From positions 1-64,000 of the forward strand of contig JARGFH010000007.1 in NCBI GenBank assembly GCA_029210695.1: DNA of 64,000 nt, given 5' to 3'. The notes beneath the pieces were generated by a model that had not been told where the DNA came from, ran no database searches, and saw only the letters and a program-made list of their open reading frames with translations. Shown here in pieces: positions 9,201-15,896 of the stretch (its first letter is position 1; every line of letters begins with the position of its first letter). Both the position numbers and the translations under genes were made by a program. The DNA is from Acidimicrobiia bacterium. Its GTDB lineage: Bacteria; Actinomycetota; Acidimicrobiia; Spongiisociales; JAHEDJ01.

Positions 9201-10312
9201 TCGCCGTCGGTGAGTCGTACACCTGCTCGTTCGATGGTGAGGTGCTCGGCAACGCCGGCGATTCTCATGTCAACGTCGTCACGGTCACGGCGGAAGATGA
9301 CGACGGCAACTTCATCGAGGATGACGACGATGCGACCGTCAATGTGACCGACGTCGCTTCAGGGATCTCGGTAACCAAGACTGCCGATCAGCCGGCGGTG
9401 CAAGAGCCGGGCGGGACCGTGACCTTCACCGTGGTCGTGCAGAACCCGAGCGCCGCCGATTCCGTGACGATTACGAGCATGGTCGACGACGTATTCGGTG
9501 ATCTCAACGGACTGGGCACCTGCTCGGTCCCGCAAGAACTCGCACCCGGTGCCAGCTACACCTGCAGTTTCGACGGCGAAGTCGCAGGGGAAGCCGGCAG
9601 TTCCGCCGATCCACATGTCAACACAGTGACGGTGGTCGGGATTGACGATGATGAGAACGAGGTCACCGACTCGGACGACGAAACCGTCGACATCACCGAG
9701 AAACCGACCGGTACGATCGGCGACTTCGTGTGGAACGACACCAGTGAGGATGGCATCCAGGACGCCGACGAGGTTGGTGTCGAGGGTGTGCTCGTCGAAC
9801 TCGTCGATGCCGACACCGGTGAGGTGATCGCCTCCATGACGACCGGCGCCGACGGAGCCTACGAATTCTCGGGTGTTGAAGAGGGTGACTACTTCGTGCG
9901 GTTCACGACTCCGAAGTCGTGGGAGTTTGGCCTCGTCGACGCGGGCGATGACGACTCTGTCGATAGCGATGCCGTCTTCAAGTCCGGGAGCGGCGAGAAG
10001 CAAGAGCACTTCGAGATCGCCGAGACACTTCCGTTCTCGCTCGCCGCCGGTGAAACGAACACCAGCTTCGATGCGGGAATGATCAAGATCTTCGTGTCGC
10101 CTCAGGTGATCACCACGACAACGACGACCACTACGGTGGCGACGACGACGATCTCGACGTTGCCGTTCACCGGGTTCGGTCAGGGTGACGTGGCGGGAAC
10201 CGCTCTCGTGCTGATCGTGCTGGGTGGATTCGTCTTGCTGGCCATGCGCCGGAGGGATGACCTCCTCGAGACTGCTGCGGCAGAGGCGCCGCATCCGGCC
10301 TGGGACGAATAG
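6212..10312 (+). CDS. Large LPXTG-type surface adhesin: signal peptide, repeated Ig/CnaB (DUF11-like) units, SdrD B-like domain, Thr-rich stalk, LPFTG, TM
   Basis: Repeated VTKTA..P...VTFT..V.NT units; IGDFVWND..EDGIQD; TTTTT..TLPFTG, hydrophobic helix, RRR. Confidence 0.85.
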   Translation: MNKGPISRAAGIAVLAFLLVIGSFLVVMPESADAALGGLTGFEIDGDVVASGGVDWQSLPNSAGVFDPGEVLVINDQNFTGAQLVTDPSTAANTYCIGGDDLIVKNGTKLTDFPFVAVDGSPAPGKNDICQTYVAYDVVPNAGVNEIVLYVGVIRRETNGTTAVAVELNRIDQAHRQSGDLVISFEFDGNGPVAVVNIREWNGSGFDLTAVGGTSAAEGYSTDHFGEIAVNLTATGILPPPENPEDCSTLGTVLPFGWAGNSDTSNIGDWGGSAPLGLDLCGKLIIEKQTNPTGSTETFGYSLSTSAPFSPLTGSLIGDGDSFEWLLPDGNYTLVEADPFGLGWAFDNYSCNNGASSEDRAAGVTVPVSLGTTITCTIENVQPAISVTKTADPTSVPETGGDVTFTFRVDNTGPEAVSLTDLVDSVFGDLDGQGSCVLPQDLSIGGFYECSLTVFLDSDDLVDHFDEVTATAFDAAGLTATATDDATVTFNDLLPTVGLTKSAVPSSLPEPGGDFVFTLTITNTSVEPVTITDLSDSQSGATDFSACSALVGSVLAVDATVECEYTVAHSEAGSYDNTASVTVEDNDGNSASDEAAETVTVVDVLPTVELAKSAVPSSLPEPGGDFVFTLTITNTSVEPVTITDLSDSQSGATDFSACSALVGSVLAVDATVECEYTVAHSEAGSYDNTASVTVEDNDGNSASDEAAETVTVVDVRPSVDLVKDASPGSLPEPGGDFTFTLTIYNTTVEPVQVTALSDDYTLPAGCTGLVGQWIPVGGNLSCSYTVTHTDAGSYDNTASVTVEDNEGNPASDTDDETVTVTDTPIAISIQKTADPLFLNEPGGTFTYTLTITNPSQEAVEIKALTDSNALSADCLNLIGETLNPAGDEGDSVSCTYTVDHTTPGVYDNVATVVVMDNEENEATDDDDASVSVLDVPSSILVTKTPGVTQIAEPGGTVTFTVVVENTSETDMLIVASLVDDVYGDLNGQGNCTVPQKLAVGESYTCSFDGEVLGNAGDSHVNVVTVTAEDDDGNFIEDDDDATVNVTDVASGISVTKTADQPAVQEPGGTVTFTVVVQNPSAADSVTITSMVDDVFGDLNGLGTCSVPQELAPGASYTCSFDGEVAGEAGSSADPHVNTVTVVGIDDDENEVTDSDDETVDITEKPTGTIGDFVWNDTSEDGIQDADEVGVEGVLVELVDADTGEVIASMTTGADGAYEFSGVEEGDYFVRFTTPKSWEFGLVDAGDDDSVDSDAVFKSGSGEKQEHFEIAETLPFSLAAGETNTSFDAGMIKIFVSPQVITTTTTTTTVATTTISTLPFTGFGQGDVAGTALVLIVLGGFVLLAMRRRDDLLETAAAEAPHPAWDE
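7691..8356 (+). repeat. Near-perfect 333-bp (111-aa) tandem duplication inside adhesin 1, followed by diverged copies
   Basis: TTGCCGACGG..GAAGTCGGCTGTGCCGTCGTCGTTGCCAGAACC starts at 7691 and again at 8024. Confidence 0.95.
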
Positions 10313-10335
10313 AACACGCCGATCAAGCGATGAGT

Positions 10336-10365
10336 TTGGGGCCCCGGAGCAATCCGGGGCCCCAA
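10336..10365 (+). terminator. Intrinsic terminator-like hairpin
   Basis: TTGGGGCCCCGGA-GCAA-TCCGGGGCCCCAA. Confidence 0.8.
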
Positions 10366-10481
10366 CTATTGGTCGTGTCTTGCCGACAGCACACCACGTT
10401 AGGTGGCAGACTAGTCACAAAGAATGAGACTTTGTCCATCCTTACGCATGGTCACACTGAGTGGTAGCGTCGACACTGAAA

Positions 10482-10496
10482 GTCACAACACGTGAC
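10482..10496. promoter_or_regulatory. Palindromic operator GTCAC-N5-GTGAC (BldD-box-like)
   Basis: GAAA-GTCAC-AACAC-GTGAC-A, about 15 nt before riboswitch 2. Confidence 0.45.
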
Positions 10497-10510
10497 ATGG
10501 GGCAACTGAA

Positions 10511-10586
10511 TAGGGAGGCGCTGACCTTCGACCCGCAATTCGGTCACCAATGGGTTGAAGCGAGCTGAGTGGTGAGACCGGCCCGC
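10511..10586 (+). promoter_or_regulatory. c-di-GMP-II riboswitch aptamer 2
   Basis: GGGAGGCGCTGAC-[CTTCGACCC..GGGTTGAAG, loop CGGTCACC]-CGAGCTGAGTGGTGAGACCGGCCC. Confidence 0.88.
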
Positions 10587-10621
10587 CCCATCCGTAGACG
10601 ACGGATGTGAGGAGCGGACAC

Positions 10622-13600
10622 ATGACCGAAGGCAATTCTCTGCGAGCAGCAGGCTATGGGGTGCTCGCATTCCTACTGGTAGCGGTCTCACTAGTGACGT
10701 TGCCTCCGCCGGCCCGGGCCGAGGGGAACATCAACTACTCGGACTACACCTTCTATTTCGCGAATGGAACGGTGTGGGAGGGGAACACGTGGGACGAGGG
10801 TGGCGGCAATAACGCCACAGTGCCGGCGAATTTCGGTGTTGGAAGCGCTCGAATCCTCCATGTCTCGTGCTCCGACACATTCAGCGATGGCTTCTCCGAC
10901 GATCCGGCTCCGCGGTTCCCGCTGGCATCAGATGGCACGAGTCAAGAGTGGAAGATTCTCTCGTATCACATCGACAAATACCAGTCGAAGAACGACGTCG
11001 TTCCGGGCGACATGACGAAGATCCAAGATTCATGCGGAGAGACCTTTGTTCCTGCGAGCATCACTGTTGTGAAGGACACTTTGCCCCTCACTTCGGATCC
11101 TTTTTCCTTTGAACTCGACGCGGTGATCGCCTCACCACCCTCGGCGCCTTCGTTTGTCAGCCCGTCTCTCCCCGACGACCGGAGCGTGTCCGGCGCGGGT
11201 GGCTCGTACACCTGGGGGAATCTGCTCGCAGGTTCATATACGCTCTCCGAGTTGATCGGCTCGAATCCTCCTGAGTACGAGTTCGCGTCCGTCGAGTGCA
11301 CGAACGGCGCCTCGAGCGCTGGAGTGCCTTCTGTCGCGTTCGGCCTCCACGGAGGTGAGCACGTCACCTGCACGTTCGTCAACCAGGCTGAAATCACGCT
11401 CATCCCCAACGTCGATATTGAGAAAGCGACGAACGGCGAAGATGCCGACACGGCGACCGGACCCGAGATCCCTATTGGTGATCCTGTCACCTGGACTTAT
11501 GTGGTCACGAATACCGGCGAATTGCCGTTGACCGGCGTCACCGTGATCGACAATCAGGGCGTTGCCGTTTGGTGTCCGCGAGGCACCCTCGGTGTTGGCG
11601 AATCGATGACCTGTACAGCCAGTGGCACTGCTGTGGAAGGCCAATACGCCAACTTGGGCACGGTTACCACCACTGAGGGTCCTTCGGATGAGGATCCGTC
11701 GCACTACTTCGGTCTGACCCCGGCCGTTGATATCGAGAAGGCCACGAATGGCTTTGACGCCGACGACCCACAAGGCCCCTGGTTGGTTGCAGGCAACGAT
11801 GTCACCTGGACGTATGTGGTCACAAACACAGGTGAACTGCCGTTGACCGGCGTGACGGTGACCGACGACGTTCTCGGTGCGATTTGTGAGATCGGTGAGC
11901 TGGCGATCGGCGCTTCTGATACCTGCACGGCCGCCGGCATTGCCACCATCGGCCAGTACGCCAACCTCGGTACCGTCACGACCGACGAGGGTGTCTCGGA
12001 CGAGGATCCCTCGCACTACTACGGGTTCATACCGGAGGAACCTGGGATCGATATCGAGAAGGCCACCAACGGCGAGGACGCCGACGACCCGACCGGTCCA
12101 TCCATTCTGGCCGGCGATCCCGTCACCTGGACCTACCTCGTGTCGAACACGGGCAACATTCAGCTGACGGGCGTGGAAGTCCTCGATGACCAGGGTGTTG
12201 CCGTCTCATGTCCGACTGACTCGCTCGACGTCGGCGAGTCGATGGAATGCACGGCCACCGGTACGGCGACGGTCGGCCAGTACTCCAACCTGGGTACCGT
12301 CACCACCGATCAAGAGGTCTCTGATGAGGATCCTTCTCACTACATCGGCTATGCAGTGGGATCGATCGGAGACTTCGTCTGGTTCGACCAGAACAAGAAC
12401 GGGATTCAGGACGGTGGTGAGCCGGGCGTTGCCGGCATCGACGTCTACCTCCACGAGGGTGAGGTATGCAGCGGCGAACCGATCGCACAGACGACGACCG
12501 ACGCTGACGGCCTCTACCTGTTCGACGGGTTGTTCGCCGGTACCTACTGCATCGAATTCCAGCTCCCATACGAGTATGCGTTCAGTCCGGCAGATCAGGG
12601 CGGCGACGGCGCACTCGATAGCGACGCTCCGACCGAGGTGGTCGTTCTCGCCGAAGGCGAAGACAACCTGAGCGTCGACGCCGGTCTCGTTGGTGGGGAT
12701 ATCACCTTGGAGAAGGAGACCGACGTCGCGACAGAAGAGACCTTCGGTTTTGACTTCAACGGGACGCAGGAGGTTGATCTGGGATCGGGTGGTTCGGCGA
12801 CCTTCCACGTGCCGGGCGGTGTGTACTCGATTACCGAGTTTGTAGCGCAAGGTTGGGAACTCGTCGAGGTTCAGTGCGGAGACATCGAAGCCGACATCGA
12901 TCTCACCGGTGGAAACGTCACGTTGTTCGTGCCGCCGGGCGGCTCGGTCGGTTGCACCTTCCTGAACCATGAGATTCAAGAGCCAGTGGGTCTCATCGGA
13001 GACTTCGTGTGGAAGGACACGGACGGTGACGGTGTTCAGGACGAGGGTGAACCCGGTATCGCCGGTGTGAAGGTGGAGTTGTTCGACGCGGAAACGGACG
13101 AGTCGGCCGGCTCGACCAACACGGATGCAGACGGCATTTACGTGTTCGGCAACGTTGCGGCTGGCGACTACTACCTGCTGTTCACCGGCCCGGTCGACTG
13201 GGAGTTCACACTGGCGGACGAAGGGTCGGACGATGCAGCCGACAGCGATGCAGACGCTCTGGACCCGGAAGCCAACCCGCAGATCGGGCGAACGGCGGTG
13301 TTCGCGCTCGGCGCAGGGGTCGCAGATCTTTCCCGTGACGCCGGGCTGATCTTCGTTGAGGTGTTCCCTCAGGTCATAACAACGACGACGACTACCACTG
13401 CGCCACCGACGACGACTACAACCACCGTGCCGCCGGCCACAACGACGACCACGGTGGCCGACACGACTGTAGAAACATTGCCGTTCACCGGGTTCGGTGA
13501 GGGAGGAATGGGCAGCCTCGGCTTTGCACTCATCGTTCTGGGCGGGCTCGTGCTGATGGCAGTCAGCCGAAAGGAAACCGACCTGGAAGTCGTATCGGAG

Positions 13601-13630
13601 GAGGCGCCGGCGAGGTCCTGGGAGGACTAA
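10622..13630 (+). CDS. LPXTG-type surface adhesin: repeated Ig-like units, two SdrD B-like domains, Thr stalk, LPFTG
   Basis: Three DIEKATNG.DAD repeats; IGDFVWFDQNKNGIQD and IGDFVWKDTDGDGVQD; ETLPFTG, TM, RK. Confidence 0.85.
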   Translation: MTEGNSLRAAGYGVLAFLLVAVSLVTLPPPARAEGNINYSDYTFYFANGTVWEGNTWDEGGGNNATVPANFGVGSARILHVSCSDTFSDGFSDDPAPRFPLASDGTSQEWKILSYHIDKYQSKNDVVPGDMTKIQDSCGETFVPASITVVKDTLPLTSDPFSFELDAVIASPPSAPSFVSPSLPDDRSVSGAGGSYTWGNLLAGSYTLSELIGSNPPEYEFASVECTNGASSAGVPSVAFGLHGGEHVTCTFVNQAEITLIPNVDIEKATNGEDADTATGPEIPIGDPVTWTYVVTNTGELPLTGVTVIDNQGVAVWCPRGTLGVGESMTCTASGTAVEGQYANLGTVTTTEGPSDEDPSHYFGLTPAVDIEKATNGFDADDPQGPWLVAGNDVTWTYVVTNTGELPLTGVTVTDDVLGAICEIGELAIGASDTCTAAGIATIGQYANLGTVTTDEGVSDEDPSHYYGFIPEEPGIDIEKATNGEDADDPTGPSILAGDPVTWTYLVSNTGNIQLTGVEVLDDQGVAVSCPTDSLDVGESMECTATGTATVGQYSNLGTVTTDQEVSDEDPSHYIGYAVGSIGDFVWFDQNKNGIQDGGEPGVAGIDVYLHEGEVCSGEPIAQTTTDADGLYLFDGLFAGTYCIEFQLPYEYAFSPADQGGDGALDSDAPTEVVVLAEGEDNLSVDAGLVGGDITLEKETDVATEETFGFDFNGTQEVDLGSGGSATFHVPGGVYSITEFVAQGWELVEVQCGDIEADIDLTGGNVTLFVPPGGSVGCTFLNHEIQEPVGLIGDFVWKDTDGDGVQDEGEPGIAGVKVELFDAETDESAGSTNTDADGIYVFGNVAAGDYYLLFTGPVDWEFTLADEGSDDAADSDADALDPEANPQIGRTAVFALGAGVADLSRDAGLIFVEVFPQVITTTTTTTAPPTTTTTTVPPATTTTTVADTTVETLPFTGFGEGGMGSLGFALIVLGGLVLMAVSRKETDLEVVSEEAPARSWED

Positions 13631-13652
13631 CAACGGCGGGAGGAAGGCAACG

Positions 13653-13680
13653 CTGGGCCCCGGAGTTCTCCGGGGCCCAG
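13653..13680 (+). terminator. Intrinsic terminator-like hairpin
   Basis: CTGGGCCCCGGA-GTTC-TCCGGGGCCCAG. Confidence 0.8.
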
Positions 13681-13744
13681 TTGCGCGATAGGGCCGGAGG
13701 CCCATTGTGTGAGGCCGTACTCAATGAGAAGATGAAACCTGGCT

Positions 13745-13814
13745 CGGGAGGCCGTGACCCCCAGTCCGAGAACGGTCACCGGGATTGGGGTGAGCCAATG
13801 GTGAGACCGGCCCG
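13745..13814 (+). promoter_or_regulatory. c-di-GMP-II riboswitch aptamer 3
   Basis: GGGAGGCCGTGAC-[CCCCAGTCC..GGATTGGGG, loop CGGTCACC]-TGAGCCAATGGTGAGACCGGCCC. Confidence 0.85.
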
Positions 13815-13840
13815 CATAACATCCCGAAAGGGAGGGAGAG

Positions 13841-15775
13841 ATGCGGAACGGTTTGTCACGTTCATCTGGCGGTATCGCGGTTCTTGCTTTCCTTCTGGTT
13901 GCTTTGACGTTCGTTCTAGTGGGCCCACTTGAGGCCGGAGCAACCTCTGACGGTGGAGAGCATCGTCCACCGGCCGGGTGTGTGAAGCTCGAAGATCCCA
14001 ACGACATCCCGTCGACGACCGAGGTCGCGTTGGCGAATGGGGTGACCGTCACATTTGATTGGACGACCAAGCCATCTGAGGCCGGGGAATGGATCGGCTT
14101 CGAATGGTCCGCAGTCGGCGGATCTGCATACGGGACTGTCAAGGCGTCGACCGAGGTCTACGACTGGGGACCGAGTCAAACGGGGACCTTTCTCGTGCCG
14201 GACGATGAGAACGGGCGAGTTCACGCGATCTCCTATGTGATCGTGTGCGGCGAACCGCTGCCGCACGGTTCGATCACCGTCATCAAGGATGCCGTGCCGG
14301 ACGCCGCAGATACACCCTTCGGCTTCGTGCTCGATGGCCTCGACGATCCGGTCGAGTTCGAACTGATCGACGATGGGGAATCTCCCGGCCTGGCGGCGAG
14401 AACTTTCGATGAGCTTTCGCCGGGAACCTACGCCGTCGGTGAGACGGCCCTCCCGGAAGGCTGGGACCTCACGGACATCGATTGCGGGGAAGCAGACGTA
14501 TCGGTCGATGGCGATGCAGTGTTCATCGAACTCGAGGATGGAGATCAGGTGGTCTGCGTCTTCACCAATGAGAGGGAAGAGGAGATCGATCTCGGCTCGA
14601 TTACCGTGATCAAGACGACGTCACCTGAGACTGCACAGGAGTTCCTCTTCACGCTCGAGCCGGGCGATTACCAACCGGTCGCAGGGAACGGAGGCACGTA
14701 TACGTGGGCCGGTCTCGAGGCCGGCACATACAACCTGTTCGAAACACTGACCGAAGCGCAGAGTGCAGACGGCTGGCATCTCGAAACGGTCGAATGCGAC
14801 AACGAGGATGATCCGGACGCAATCACGCTCGAGGCCGGGGGCGACGTCGTTTGCACGTTCGACAACCACCAGACCGTCGACTTCGTGCTCGAGAAACTGA
14901 CGAACGTCGAGAGCCAGGACGAGTTCAGCTTCGAGCTCGACGGTGTTGCACTGGTCGATCTCGCCGGGGGAGAGACCTTCGAGACCGTCCTCGAAGAAGG
15001 CACGTACACGGTTACGGAACTGATCGTCGACGGATGGGACCTGTTCAGCATCGTTTGTACCGGAGCGGAAAGCACTGTTGACATTGCCGCGGCCAGCGTT
15101 GAGTTGCTCCTGCTACCGGGTGCCGACGTGCGCTGCACGTTCGTCAACAATGAGGAGGCGGCCGAGCTGGGCGTAATCGGTGATTATGTCTGGCACGATG
15201 CCGACGAGGAGGGCGACCAGGATGGTGACGAGCAGCCGCTGGCTGGGATTCAGGTTGACCTCCTGGACTCGAACGGCCGAGCCATCGCATCAACGAAAAC
15301 CGATGTGCTGGGTCTGTATAGCTTCTTCAACGTTCCGGAAGGTGACTACCGGGTTCGGTTCCACGGTCCGACAGGTTGGACATTTACGAAACGCGACGCG
15401 GCGGCGGACGCGATCGACAGCGATGCGCTCGTTGCCGACAAGAAAGCTGATCCGCAGATCGGCGAGACCGACCTGTTTCACTTGAATGCCGGCGCAGTCG
15501 ATCTGTCTCGTGATGCCGGCCTCTTTGGTGAAACCAGGGTGCTCCCGCAAGTGATCACCACAACAACCACAGCAGCCACAGCAACCACAACGACGATTGC
15601 GTCCGCGTCCACGACAGCAGAGACCTTGCCTTTCACCGGGGCACCCGAAGCCCCAAGTCTCATCGGGTTGGCGACGGCGCTGCTGGCGCTGGGACTGATG
15701 GCGGTTCTCGCCATCAAACGGAGGGAGGATCTGCCGGTAACCGGGTGGTCGCAGCGGCTGCGCGACACCTACTGA
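13841..15775 (+). CDS. LPXTG-type surface adhesin: pilin/prealbumin-like Ig units, SdrD B-like domain, LPFTG
   Basis: GSITVIK...CVFTN units; IGDYVWHDAD; ETLPFTG, TM, KRR. Confidence 0.85.
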   Translation: MRNGLSRSSGGIAVLAFLLVALTFVLVGPLEAGATSDGGEHRPPAGCVKLEDPNDIPSTTEVALANGVTVTFDWTTKPSEAGEWIGFEWSAVGGSAYGTVKASTEVYDWGPSQTGTFLVPDDENGRVHAISYVIVCGEPLPHGSITVIKDAVPDAADTPFGFVLDGLDDPVEFELIDDGESPGLAARTFDELSPGTYAVGETALPEGWDLTDIDCGEADVSVDGDAVFIELEDGDQVVCVFTNEREEEIDLGSITVIKTTSPETAQEFLFTLEPGDYQPVAGNGGTYTWAGLEAGTYNLFETLTEAQSADGWHLETVECDNEDDPDAITLEAGGDVVCTFDNHQTVDFVLEKLTNVESQDEFSFELDGVALVDLAGGETFETVLEEGTYTVTELIVDGWDLFSIVCTGAESTVDIAAASVELLLLPGADVRCTFVNNEEAAELGVIGDYVWHDADEEGDQDGDEQPLAGIQVDLLDSNGRAIASTKTDVLGLYSFFNVPEGDYRVRFHGPTGWTFTKRDAAADAIDSDALVADKKADPQIGETDLFHLNAGAVDLSRDAGLFGETRVLPQVITTTTTAATATTTTIASASTTAETLPFTGAPEAPSLIGLATALLALGLMAVLAIKRREDLPVTGWSQRLRDTY

Positions 15776-15790
15776 TTCTCACTACCTATA

Positions 15791-15822
15791 GAGAGCCCCG
15801 GTCCACCATGGCCGGGGCTCTC
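15791..15822 (+). terminator. Intrinsic terminator-like hairpin
   Basis: GAGAGCCCCGGTC-CACCAT-GGCCGGGGCTCTC. Confidence 0.75.
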
Positions 15823-15896
15823 GCTCGTTGCGAATACCGGCCCGACTCGTGTCCAGCGTTCGTACAATGGCGATTCGCGATTGAGATGAAGGTGCA

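Noticed and set aside
15776..15896. T-box leader for valS
   Set aside because: The spacer is too short and lacks the T-box consensus; the hairpin there is the adhesin terminator.
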